A DNA stretch of 49,364 bases. It comes from Patescibacteria group bacterium. Its GTDB lineage: Bacteria > Patescibacteriota > Minisyncoccia > 2-02-FULL-40-12 > GWA2-44-9. Positions 34,324-42,704 of this stretch are shown piece by piece. The notes beneath the pieces were generated by a model, which was given only the letters and a program-made list of their open reading frames with translations, searched no databases and had not been told where the DNA came from. Position 1 is the first letter of the stretch. Every line of letters starts with the position of its first letter. A program made the position numbers and the translations under genes. Where the stretch lies: NCBI GenBank assembly GCA_038056025.1, contig JBBUGO010000014.1:1-49364 (forward strand), given 5' to 3'.

Positions 34324-35496
34324 ATGAAAGTGCATTGGAAAAGAACTCTATTTATCTTTTTATTCACACTCTGGGCAAGTGGAGGTTTTCTTTTCAGTTC
34401 CCAGAATTCTTATGCGGCCGAATCCGGCGTTTCCGTTATCTTTGACGCCCTGCCGGGTGTTAATCCAAAGATTTTACCTCTTGACGGCAGGGTGCCTGTA
34501 GCGCTGAGGGTGATTATCCGCCTTGAACAATACAGCGCTTTTTGCGGGTATCCCAGTATAACTAGCTTTAGGTGGTCTGTTTTAGCAGAATTTAGCAATA
34601 CAGCTGATCAAACTTTTGTTACCAAAACAGTTTCGTTCGAAAGAACCTCCGCTGTCGTTTCCAGAGAAATAAGTGACACTATCGTCATCCAAGACACTGG
34701 CGTGGGCAGAACAGAGGACTATACCTATAAGTTGTATGCTCTTATAGAATGTCACGACGGGACTAATGCGGCCGAGTCGTCCCGTGTTAGTGTTACTGCC
34801 GGGTCAGGCGATACAACATATACCTGCGTGGCACCAGAGGGAAGTGGGTACATCTACGCATGCAGTCCAGCAAACCTTTCTACTTGTTCTGATAATCCAA
34901 AATGTGCAGGCAAACCATGCTTTCAGATAAGAAAGAGTTTGTGTGGCGACCCCGCCCCTCCGCCGGGCCCGACACCACCGCCTGGTGGGCCGGGCGTACC
35001 CGGGCCCACGGGTCAACCCGTAACCTTCAATTTCGAAATCCAAAACCCACTCAAGATCAACAGTTTCCTGGAATTTTTCACCACGATTGCGGTGTGGATC
35101 ACCAACATCGCTATTCCCATCGCGGTGGTTCTGATTGTCTATGCTGGGATTCTATTTTTAACCGCCGGGGCAGTACCGGCGAATGTTTCCAGGGCGCGCA
35201 CGATTTTGACGTATGTCATTATCGGTCTTGCGGTTATTCTTATCGGCCGTGGGTTCATTTCACTTATAGAAAGTGTTTTGAACCTCGGCGGTAGTACCAC
35301 AAGCCCCACAACAACCGTGTCACCCACAACTTCGGTGCCAGCAAAATGTGACCTAGCCAATCCGTGCCCCAGCGGCTATGTGTGTAACAGGAGTCAGGCT
35401 TGTATACGAGAACCGGTTGGTCAATGTACGTTGAGTAACCCCTGTCCGAGCGGATTTATATGTAATAGTCAGCTGAAATGTGTGCTCGATGAATAA
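34324..35496 (+). CDS. Secreted protein: N-terminal domain, Pro/Gly linker, T4SS-pilin-like TM hairpin, then two Cys-knot-like repeats
   Basis: It has a signal peptide. The linker reads PAPPPGPTPPPGGPGVPGPTGQP. The hairpin reads FFTTIAVWITNIAIPIAVVLIVYAGILFLTAGAVPANVSRARTILTYVIIGLAVILIG. The tail reads CDLANPCPSGYVCNRSQAC / CTLSNPCPSGFICNSQLKC. Confidence 0.6.
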   Translation: MKVHWKRTLFIFLFTLWASGGFLFSSQNSYAAESGVSVIFDALPGVNPKILPLDGRVPVALRVIIRLEQYSAFCGYPSITSFRWSVLAEFSNTADQTFVTKTVSFERTSAVVSREISDTIVIQDTGVGRTEDYTYKLYALIECHDGTNAAESSRVSVTAGSGDTTYTCVAPEGSGYIYACSPANLSTCSDNPKCAGKPCFQIRKSLCGDPAPPPGPTPPPGGPGVPGPTGQPVTFNFEIQNPLKINSFLEFFTTIAVWITNIAIPIAVVLIVYAGILFLTAGAVPANVSRARTILTYVIIGLAVILIGRGFISLIESVLNLGGSTTSPTTTVSPTTSVPAKCDLANPCPSGYVCNRSQACIREPVGQCTLSNPCPSGFICNSQLKCVLDE

Positions 35497-35901
35497 ATGA
35501 TGAAAATATTTCTCTGGGTCATGGTTCTTGCGGGTGTTGCTCTGGGCTTAGCGAGCCCCGTGCTTGGCGCTGCCATACCCATCGGCGGGCCGTTGGGGGG
35601 CGATAATTTATCGGGTCAGCCGGGGGTAGAGTTAACGGCAACCAAGATATTTAGTATACTGAATGGGTTCGCATGCTGGACAGCGCGGATAGCCGTTACC
35701 CTCATTCTTGCGGCACTGGCGGTCTATGCTCTGCAATTCTTTTTCAGCCGAGGCAATCCCTCTGCCGTGCAGTCGGCGAACCGCGCATTCTGGCTGGGCA
35801 TTGTTGGCATTATCGTGATCTTCGGCGCCTATACGATTATTGCCACGGTTGCCTATAGTGTGGGGGCGAAATCAAGTCCGTATCCTATTTTGTGTGACTA
35901 A
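35497..35901 (+). CDS. T4SS-pilin-like (VirB2/TrbC-like) small membrane protein
   Basis: 134 aa with a signal peptide and a two-helix hairpin, ARIAVTLILAALAVYALQFFFSRGNPSAVQSANRAFWLGIVGIIVIFGAYTII. Confidence 0.55.
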   Translation: MMKIFLWVMVLAGVALGLASPVLGAAIPIGGPLGGDNLSGQPGVELTATKIFSILNGFACWTARIAVTLILAALAVYALQFFFSRGNPSAVQSANRAFWLGIVGIIVIFGAYTIIATVAYSVGAKSSPYPILCD

Positions 35902-35911
35902 TACTACAACC

Positions 35912-36412
35912 ATGAAACGATATACCATTGCGGCAGTTGGCATTACGATAGCGGTGGTCTTTGTTGCCTCTGTGACCCTTGCTACCGCGGCGACACCTAC
36001 ATCTACATCAACACTTACACTTCCCCCTGGACAGCCAGTTACACTCCCATTTATAGAATATGTGGTTTCAAAATTGACCGACTTTTTGCTCTATATATCA
36101 GGCACGGTTGCGGTATTCTTTGTGGTGTTGAGTGGTATTTTGTGGGCTACATCGGGTGGCGATCCAGGAAAGCTAGAATCGGCAAAAAACATGCTCCGGG
36201 CCGCAATTATTGGTTCGATTATCATTTTTGGTGTTGGCGTGATTGTGAATACTATAGAAAACTGTATTCAGGGTGATTGTCTTTCAAGCCGCGGGTTTTT
36301 CGGTGGGGGCGGGCGAGTGCCGCGCGGAGCACCATGTAGCTATGACAGCCAGTGCGTTTCCCGGCGTTGTTCTCCCGTCTTGGTCGGCACGCGTATTAAT
36401 GTGTGTCAATAA
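35912..36412 (+). CDS. T4SS-pilin-like small membrane protein with a C-terminal Cys module
   Basis: 166 aa from MKRYTIAAVG. The hairpin reads LLYISGTVAVFFVVLSGILWATSGGDPGKLESAKNMLRAAIIGSIIIFGVGVIV. The tail reads CSYDSQCVSRRCSP...VC. Confidence 0.55.
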   Translation: MKRYTIAAVGITIAVVFVASVTLATAATPTSTSTLTLPPGQPVTLPFIEYVVSKLTDFLLYISGTVAVFFVVLSGILWATSGGDPGKLESAKNMLRAAIIGSIIIFGVGVIVNTIENCIQGDCLSSRGFFGGGGRVPRGAPCSYDSQCVSRRCSPVLVGTRINVCQ

Positions 36413-36471
36413 TCCCTGTTGGCATTGCCTTTTTTGTTGTACTATAGAGAGAAGTTCAATTATTATGATGA

Positions 36472-36867
36472 ATGTTTATGAAAGGGGGTGTGGTTGTGAA
36501 TAGAAAAGTTGCGACATGGGTGCGCGTAGGTGCCACACTCGCGATGTTCGCCTTGCCATTGGTGGCATTGGCGTTGACCAATCCCACTATCCCTGCAGGT
36601 ATCGGCGGACGGCCGGTGACCTTGAGTGAGATTGAGGACATTATTCGTCTTATTGCCCAGTTCCTCATTCTCATTAGCGTGGTAATTGCAGTCATCGTCA
36701 TTATTTGGGGCGGTATCGTGTGGATGACGGCGGGCGGCAGTGACGAGCGAGCAAAGTTAGGAAAAGGCATTATTCTCAAGGGTATTTTTGGTGCGGCAGT
36801 CATCCTCGGCGTAGGTGTTATTCTACAAACACTCGCAGGTATCGTAACGCGTCAATTCTTGCAATAA
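36472..36867 (+). CDS. T4SS-pilin-like small membrane protein
   Basis: 131 aa with a signal peptide. The hairpin reads IAQFLILISVVIAVIVIIWGGIVWMTAGGSDERAKLGKGIILKGIFGAAVILGVGVIL. The start is uncertain. Confidence 0.55.
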   Translation: MFMKGGVVVNRKVATWVRVGATLAMFALPLVALALTNPTIPAGIGGRPVTLSEIEDIIRLIAQFLILISVVIAVIVIIWGGIVWMTAGGSDERAKLGKGIILKGIFGAAVILGVGVILQTLAGIVTRQFLQ

Positions 36868-36879
36868 GTGTAAGTAGTT

Positions 36880-36923
36880 AAATCAAAACCCCGCCCTTCA
36901 GCTGAGTGGCGGGGTTTTGATTT
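36880..36923 (+). terminator. Strong hairpin terminator ending the pilin-like array
   Basis: aaatcaaaaccccgcc (36880-36895) pairs with ggcggggttttgattt (36908-36923). Confidence 0.7.
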
Positions 36924-36959
36924 GATGAAAGATGTATGGTTGGGGTAGGATACAGCCAC

Positions 36960-37043
36960 GCCCAGGTGGCGAAACTGGCAGACGCACCAGCTTTAGGAGC
37001 TGGCGATCGCAAGATCATGTGGGTTCAACTCCCACCCTGGGCA
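36960..37043 (+). tRNA. tRNA-Leu (anticodon UAG), long variable arm
   Basis: The sequence reads GCCCAGGTGGCGAAACTGGCAGACGCACCAGCTTTAGGAGCTGGCGATCGCAAGATCATGTGGGTTCAACTCCCACCCTGGGCA. The anticodon loop is TTTAGGA. Confidence 0.85.
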
Positions 37044-37442
37044 CTATTCCGAGATGCGTATCTTTTTACCCCTCGTCTTATCCAAACGTGGTAGGCGAAG
37101 CGTCAAAATACCGTTTTTCATGGATGCTTTGGCACTGTCAGCATCTACGTCGGCAGGCAGAATAATAGTGCGGGAAAACGGTCCCCAGTAAAGCTCCTGA
37201 TAGTAGTAATCCGAAGAGCCCACTCTGGTATCAGGGGTGCGACGACCCTTGATGGTGACGATGTCTTTCGCTACGGAAATATCGATGTCCTCGCTTTTTA
37301 CGCCTGCGATAGTGGATTGAATCACCACGTCGCTGTCATGCTGAAATACGTCAACCGTAAGCTGACCCTCTGGCTGACGAGGGGTGCGTTCGTGCCGTAT
37401 GGCAAGCTCCGACCCGCTCTGATTATCTTCGATATAGCTCAT
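37044..37442 (-). CDS. Hsp20/alpha-crystallin small heat-shock protein
   Basis: 132 aa. The alpha-crystallin core reads TVDVFQHDSDVVIQSTIAGVKSEDIDISV...ASMKNGILTLRLPR. Confidence 0.85.
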   Translation of the reverse strand: MSYIEDNQSGSELAIRHERTPRQPEGQLTVDVFQHDSDVVIQSTIAGVKSEDIDISVAKDIVTIKGRRTPDTRVGSSDYYYQELYWGPFSRTIILPADVDADSAKASMKNGILTLRLPRLDKTRGKKIRISE

Positions 37443-38167
37443 GTCAGTTGTACGATGCGCTTTTGGCGCCGTTCTCTTATCTTATCAAACAATACCGAAA
37501 CGAAAAGCGCCATAACCCCCAACAGTGCCGTGGCGTAGATCAACGAGAGCAGCTTGTACGATGATATGGATAGGAACATGTTGAATGCAAAGTGGAACAG
37601 GGTAGCAAGCAAGACCCCGAATATGAGAAGTTTCGACCGGTGGCGATCATAGAACCACGAAAGCGCCAAGAAATAACCCACAATAGCCGAGGAGAGCGCA
37701 TGTAACAGTGTGGCGCCGACAAAGCGCAGTAGCCAGATGCTGATAGTGCCATTGAGGCCGTCGGGTGCGACGCGAACCATGACGAGGATGTTTTCCATGG
37801 CGGCAAAACCCAATCCGGCGATGACCATATAGATCATAGCATCAATCGGTTCGTCAAAATCAGCGGTGCGCAGGGCAATCATCTGTACCGCGTACAATTT
37901 TATCACCTCTTCCACCAACGATGCCCAGAGATAGAAGCTTGGGCCATCCGTGGTTGCTGGCGATCCGGTCAGGTATTCCAGAAATCGGACAAACACAAGC
38001 TGGAGAATAATCGCGATAGGGGAGACGATAATCCCCATCAGGAACGTCTTGACGACCATCGCCTTGGGTTCCGGATGGCAATCTTTACGCAGATAGTAGG
38101 AAAGCCACAGGATGCTTGGCAACACTCCCACTGTCACGAGTGTGCCATAGTATAACGTTGGCGGCAT
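37439..38167 (-). CDS. prsW: PrsW-family intramembrane metalloprotease
   Basis: 242 aa and polytopic. It carries the motifs LVEEVIKLYA (EExxK) and FHFAFN (HxxxN). Confidence 0.75.
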   Translation of the reverse strand: MPPTLYYGTLVTVGVLPSILWLSYYLRKDCHPEPKAMVVKTFLMGIIVSPIAIILQLVFVRFLEYLTGSPATTDGPSFYLWASLVEEVIKLYAVQMIALRTADFDEPIDAMIYMVIAGLGFAAMENILVMVRVAPDGLNGTISIWLLRFVGATLLHALSSAIVGYFLALSWFYDRHRSKLLIFGVLLATLFHFAFNMFLSISSYKLLSLIYATALLGVMALFVSVLFDKIRERRQKRIVQLT

Positions 38168-38185
38168 GAGTACAGTATACCGTAT

Positions 38186-40285
38186 CTAGGCCCGTTCTGG
38201 CACGGGCCAATCCTCGACAAGGAGGAGTTTTTTGTTTTCCAGTGGAAGCTTTGACCAAATTTCTTCGGTCACAAATGGCATGAAGGGATGGAGAAGCTTT
38301 AGTAGGTTAATAAGATAAAGAACAAGGTTTTGTTTTATCTCCTCTTCATCGGGCGTATCCTTATTTTTTGACATCTCTATATATTTGTCGGCGATCTGAT
38401 GCCACATGTAGTCGTAGATGATGTGGGCGGCCTCTCCAAAGCGATAGTTACTTATGTGTTTTGTTACCTCTTCGGCAGTTGTTCTCATTGGCCCACCAAA
38501 ACTCACCGAACCAGAGATTTTGTCTATGGGAAATGGTTTATATCTATCCCAATCTCCGTCTACTCTTGTTACTATATACCTTGCAATATTCCAAAGCTTA
38601 TTTGCAAACTTTTTTCCCATGAGTATGGTATCTTCCCCGAATCGCAGGTCTTGAAGGTCGGTTGTTTGATAAGCAAGACCAAAACGCAGAGCATCAGCAC
38701 CATATTTATTGATGAGTTCAATGGGATTAATGCCGGTGCCGAGCGATTTCGACATTCTTTTGCCGTCTTTCGTCAAAACGGTCGCGTGAATATAAATATC
38801 TTTGAATGGTGCTTTGCCAGTAAATTCCATACCGGAAAATACCATGCGCACCTGCCACAGAAAAAGAATATTTCTGTCTGAGGTAATGAAATTTGTTGGG
38901 TAATACTCCTTGAAATCAGGCGCAGCTGTATTTGGCCAACCGAGCGTCGCAAATGGCCACAACGCCGAGGAGAACCAGGTATCGAGGACATCGGTCTCCC
39001 CCTCGATGGGTATTTGGTGGCCCCACCAGAGCTGGCGTGAGATATTCCAGTCACGCACATTCTCAAGCCAGCGATCATAGGGGCCGGCCCAGCGTTCGGG
39101 AATGAGTCGGAAATCACCGTCTCGGCGCGCCTTCAGAGCTAATTGTGCAAGATCTTTCATCTTTAAGAACCATTGCTTCGATGGGAGCGGTTCGATAACT
39201 GAATTACATCGATCGCAACGCCCGACGTTGTGCTCGTAGTCCTCGATTTTTTCTATAAGACCGAGCGTCTGAAGATCTACGACGATCTTTTTCCGTGCTT
39301 CTGAAGTTTTTAAACCCTGATAACGTACCCCTGCATTCTCGTTCATACGGCCGTGTTGGTCGACGATGGTGATAGAAGGGAGTGTATGGCGCTGACCAAT
39401 TTCAGAATCGGTGACATCGTGTGCGGGAGTAACCTTGATGATGCCAGTGCCAAAATTTTTATCGACTGCTTCATCTGCGACTACTCGAATCGAGATTTTC
39501 TTGAGCTTGGGGGGCTGCTCGGGGAGAACATTGTTATCTACCGACTCAATTTCTAATTCTTTTCCTACATATGTAGTGTAACGTTCATCGTTGGGGTGAA
39601 CTGCGAGCGCGGTGTCGCCGAGTTTTGTTTCTGGCCGTGCGGTGGCGAGTGTAAACGGACCATACTTAATATAGTAGAGCTTTCCTTTTTCCGGCACATA
39701 GTTTACCTCTAAGTCGGAAATACTGGTACCACATCGGACACACCAATTAATAACGCGCTCACCCTTATAGATCCACTTTTTTTCTTTGTAGTAATAGAGG
39801 AAAACCTTTTTAACCGCCTCTTGATAGTCGGGGTCCATGGTGTATTTGGTCCGTGTCCAGTCAACGGAGAGCCCTAGTTTTTTGGACTGTTCTAGAATTG
39901 CGGTGCCATATTTCTCTTTCCATTGCTCGACGCGCTCGATGAATTTTTCTCGCCCGAGATCTTGACGCTTAAGGCCTTCTTTGGCAAGCTCCTTTTCCAC
40001 TACATTTTGCGCAGCAATACCGGCGTGATCAATTCCCGGAAGCCAGAGCACTTTATATCCCTGCATGCGTTTCATGCGCACAATAATGTCCTGGAGTGTT
40101 GTTTCTAGCGCGTGACCCATGTGGAGCTCCCCAGTGATATTAGGAGGAGCAATACAGGTGACAAATTTCTTTCTTCGTTCTCCGGGAAGTTTCTCTGGCG
40201 TAAAGTAGCCGCTGTCCAGCCATTGTTGGTAGATGCGGCCTTCGGTTTCTTTCGGATTGTATGCTTTAGAGAGTTCTTGCGGCAT
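38186..40285 (-). CDS. valS: Valine--tRNA ligase (compact, 699 aa)
   Basis: The HIGH region is PPNITGELHMGHAL. An editing-domain segment, ARPETKLGDTALAVHPNDERY, is present. The KMSKS motif is KMSKSLG. It lacks a long C-terminal coiled coil. Confidence 0.85.
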   Translation of the reverse strand: MPQELSKAYNPKETEGRIYQQWLDSGYFTPEKLPGERRKKFVTCIAPPNITGELHMGHALETTLQDIIVRMKRMQGYKVLWLPGIDHAGIAAQNVVEKELAKEGLKRQDLGREKFIERVEQWKEKYGTAILEQSKKLGLSVDWTRTKYTMDPDYQEAVKKVFLYYYKEKKWIYKGERVINWCVRCGTSISDLEVNYVPEKGKLYYIKYGPFTLATARPETKLGDTALAVHPNDERYTTYVGKELEIESVDNNVLPEQPPKLKKISIRVVADEAVDKNFGTGIIKVTPAHDVTDSEIGQRHTLPSITIVDQHGRMNENAGVRYQGLKTSEARKKIVVDLQTLGLIEKIEDYEHNVGRCDRCNSVIEPLPSKQWFLKMKDLAQLALKARRDGDFRLIPERWAGPYDRWLENVRDWNISRQLWWGHQIPIEGETDVLDTWFSSALWPFATLGWPNTAAPDFKEYYPTNFITSDRNILFLWQVRMVFSGMEFTGKAPFKDIYIHATVLTKDGKRMSKSLGTGINPIELINKYGADALRFGLAYQTTDLQDLRFGEDTILMGKKFANKLWNIARYIVTRVDGDWDRYKPFPIDKISGSVSFGGPMRTTAEEVTKHISNYRFGEAAHIIYDYMWHQIADKYIEMSKNKDTPDEEEIKQNLVLYLINLLKLLHPFMPFVTEEIWSKLPLENKKLLLVEDWPVPERA

Positions 40286-40305
40286 AGTGTCAGTATATCC
40301 AGGTT

Positions 40306-41352
40306 CTATGCCGAAGCAAAATTAAGATTCGCATTCATGGAAACTTTATTCCACTCTGCCTTGTGTTTGTTCTTCTTCCAGCTATAGTAGCCGGCGACTG
40401 CGATCATAGCCGCATTATCAGTGGTAAACTCCATAGGCGGCTGAAAGTAGAGGATACTGGCATCCGTGCATCGCTGCGCGAGCTGTTCTCGCAGCATCTT
40501 GTTGGCGGAGACACCACCAGAGAGTAGTATAGCTTTTACGTTGTAGTGGCGTGCGGCTCGCATGGTTTTCTCAACGAGTACTTCGATGGCGGCTTTCTGA
40601 AATGATGCGGCGATGTCAGCTTTGAGTTGTGCTGATGGTTTTTTGATATTTAAATCGCGTAGTAAATAGAGAACTGCCGTTTTGAGTCCCGAATAACTGA
40701 AATCGAAGCCCTTTTTATCGAGCATGGGGCGGGGGAGAGAATAGGCATCAGGATTCCCTTCTTTCGCTAGGCGATCAATGATAGGTCCGCCGGGATAACC
40801 AAGTCCCAGTAGGCGTGCTGCTTTATCGAATGCTTCGCCCACGGCATCATCGAGCGTTTCCCCCACGAGTCTATACTCGCTGTGGCTGCTCATCAGGACA
40901 AGTTCCGTATGGCCGCCGGAAACCAGGAGATTGAGCGCTGGGAATATGTCCGGCAGTGGTTCCTCGCGACCCAACCAATTAGCATGCACATGGCCGTCCA
41001 GGTGGTTTACGCCAACCAGCGGCTTTTTATAAAGCCACGCTAGGGTTCGCGCAAAAGTAAGTCCTACCAGAAGTGCTGGCCCGAGACCGGGACCGTGAGT
41101 AACGGCAATAAGATCGATCTCTTTTTCAAAATCTCGGATACCAGCTTCAGTTAACGCGCTCTCGAATACATGAGAAATGTTCTTCGTATGTTCGCGTGAG
41201 GCAAGATTGGGCACCACGCCGCCATATTTGGCGTGGAGTTTTACCTGCGACGAGACTACATTCGATAAAACAGTGAATTGTTCTGTGCTAGAGACCCCAA
41301 CAACTGCGATGGCGGTCTCGTCGCAGGAGGTCTCAATGGCGAGGATGGTCAT
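40306..41352 (-). CDS. tsaD: tRNA N6-adenosine threonylcarbamoyltransferase TsaD (Kae1/Gcp)
   Basis: 348 aa. It begins MTILAIETSCDETAIAV and contains GVNHLDGHV. Confidence 0.9.
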   Translation of the reverse strand: MTILAIETSCDETAIAVVGVSSTEQFTVLSNVVSSQVKLHAKYGGVVPNLASREHTKNISHVFESALTEAGIRDFEKEIDLIAVTHGPGLGPALLVGLTFARTLAWLYKKPLVGVNHLDGHVHANWLGREEPLPDIFPALNLLVSGGHTELVLMSSHSEYRLVGETLDDAVGEAFDKAARLLGLGYPGGPIIDRLAKEGNPDAYSLPRPMLDKKGFDFSYSGLKTAVLYLLRDLNIKKPSAQLKADIAASFQKAAIEVLVEKTMRAARHYNVKAILLSGGVSANKMLREQLAQRCTDASILYFQPPMEFTTDNAAMIAVAGYYSWKKNKHKAEWNKVSMNANLNFASA

Positions 41353-41355
41353 AAG

Positions 41356-42006
41356 TTATCTCCAGTGTGTTTCTGTAATCTTTGCATGTGGAGGGTTCTT
41401 AACCTCGATTTTTGTAGAAAATAACGAAGAAAGATTTTCCATAGAGCTGAATTTTATGACAACATTTAGGGGACTCTCTGAAAGTGTGTCAATTTCTTCA
41501 TGAGTTAATTTTCTATTGTCCTTTTTGATGTCTACCCCTATCGCATCTCCCTGATAAATAGCGTTAACGCCCCCACAATCAATCTCAAATTCGTTATTAT
41601 CAGTTACGATCTCAATATTCAGGGCGGTACCCTTCCCCTGATTTGTGAGAATTAAAACCCAGTCACCGTTATTAGGCCGCATCCATCTCATTGTCAGGCC
41701 CGGTTGGTGCGCGCTCCTATTTGCCTCTAATGTAGCCTGTGCCAAGCTATAAGTCTCATCTCTTAATCTATAAGTTTCGATTGTGTATAAAATAATAACC
41801 AGAAATGTCCAAAATAAAATTAAGTCCGATGAACTTTTGATTATGCTTACTGCGCCGAGAAATCTTAGTAATGGCCAGCTAGATAAAGCGTACTTGTAGT
41901 CAACAAATCCAAGGATACCCAACACTAGAACCAGAAAGTATAAACGATAAATGAAGCCGGGTTTATCCAACAGCCATTTCTTGAACTGGACGATATATTT
42001 CATCAT
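41356..42006 (-). CDS. Hypothetical membrane protein (AT-rich orphan)
   Basis: 216 aa with 2-3 N-terminal TM helices and a soluble C-terminal domain. I recognised no motif. One 60-nt line I counted here is about 30% GC. Confidence 0.45.
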   Translation of the reverse strand: MMKYIVQFKKWLLDKPGFIYRLYFLVLVLGILGFVDYKYALSSWPLLRFLGAVSIIKSSSDLILFWTFLVIILYTIETYRLRDETYSLAQATLEANRSAHQPGLTMRWMRPNNGDWVLILTNQGKGTALNIEIVTDNNEFEIDCGGVNAIYQGDAIGVDIKKDNRKLTHEEIDTLSESPLNVVIKFSSMENLSSLFSTKIEVKNPPHAKITETHWR

Positions 42007-42047
42007 AAGAATCGGTTTATTCTCAATCTCTTGTACTGTGAATTGAT

Positions 42048-42065
42048 TGCAGCCCCGAGGGGATT
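42048..42065 (-). repeat. Displaced copy of the last 18 nt of tRNA-Glu (direct repeat of 42193-42210)
   Basis: tgcagccccgaggggatt occurs identically at 42048-42065 and at 42193-42210. It covers the T-loop 3' part, the 3' strand of the T stem, the 3' strand of the acceptor stem, the discriminator and 2 further nt. Confidence 0.85.
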
Positions 42066-42194
42066 AGGTCACAACTCTCAACGATAGGCAAAGGTAGTCC
42101 TTCGATCGTTCGACGTGCTCACGATGGTGAGCGTAATCGAACCATAAACTCAGGACACTTCTCCAGTTCAGTTTACACTGAGCTTGTCGAAGTG

Positions 42195-42268
42195 CAGCCC
42201 CGAGGGGATTTGAACCCCTGTACCAAGCTTGAAAAGCTTGTGTCCTAACCAGGCTAGACGACGGGGCC
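42195..42268 (-). tRNA. tRNA-Glu (anticodon UUC)
   Basis: The reverse complement reads GGCCCCGTCGTCTAGCCTGGTTAGGACACAAGCTTTTCAAGCTTGGTACAGGGGTTCAAATCCCCTCGGGGCTG. The anticodon loop is TTTTCAA. Confidence 0.85.
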
Positions 42269-42279
42269 ATTGTTGCGAT

Positions 42280-42519
42280 TCAATAATGTCGCAGTATTGA
42301 ATTTCGCTTGGCGTAATTTGTCTTTAACTCTATTTCTCTCTGTCTCGCTTTTATTCTATCACCGTACTTCTCTTGATGGATAATTTTCCACGGCTTGTAC
42401 GCTCTCGTTGAACGTACTTTATCAGTATTGTGAGCGATCAGACGTACATGTATGTTCGCGCTTATCCCGATGTAATGTTTGCCCGCATTGTTTTCTAAAA
42501 TATAGAGATAGTAAGACAT
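42280..42519 (-). CDS. Small GIY-YIG nuclease (YhbQ/UPF0213-like)
   Basis: 79 aa from MSYYLYILENNAGKHYIGISANIHVRLIAHN...ARQREIELK. The track ORF's 46-aa N-terminal extension reads through a tRNA fragment and a palindrome, so I rejected it. The stop lies 11 nt before tRNA-Glu. Confidence 0.75.
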   Translation of the reverse strand: MSYYLYILENNAGKHYIGISANIHVRLIAHNTDKVRSTRAYKPWKIIHQEKYGDRIKARQREIELKTNYAKRNSILRHY

Positions 42520-42528
42520 TATTCTAGT

Positions 42529-42568
42529 CCAGGCTACCTGCCTGCCGGCAGGCAGGGACGACGGGGCC
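42529..42568 (-). repeat. tRNA-Glu 5' fragment (nt 1-20) split by a 20-nt perfect palindrome
   Basis: On the plus strand, ccaggcta (42529-42536) and gacgacggggcc (42557-42568) match the intact tRNA at 42249-42268. They are separated by cctgcctgccggcaggcagg (42537-42556). Confidence 0.8.
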
Positions 42569-42704
42569 ACGGTCGCGCGAAACTTAAATAGTATGTCATA
42601 AAAACGCTCTTTGAGCAATGTAGTTTCTCGCAACTCTTGTGTGGTATGCTCCGTCATAGAGAGCAGTCCTAGTTATCGCTACGAGCTGCCGCTCGTACCA
42701 AGCC

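Noticed and set aside
36932-37165. ORF 36932..37165(+), 77 aa.
   Set aside because: It reads through tRNA-Leu(UAG) and is antisense to hsp20.
42064-42270. ORF 42064..42270(-), 68 aa.
   Set aside because: It is a translation of tRNA-Glu and its downstream spacer.
42520-42657. A 46-aa N-terminal extension of the GIY-YIG ORF (track start 42657).
   Set aside because: The extension translates the tRNA-Glu 5' fragment and the 20-nt palindrome. The family-typical N-terminus MSYYLYIL starts at 42519.
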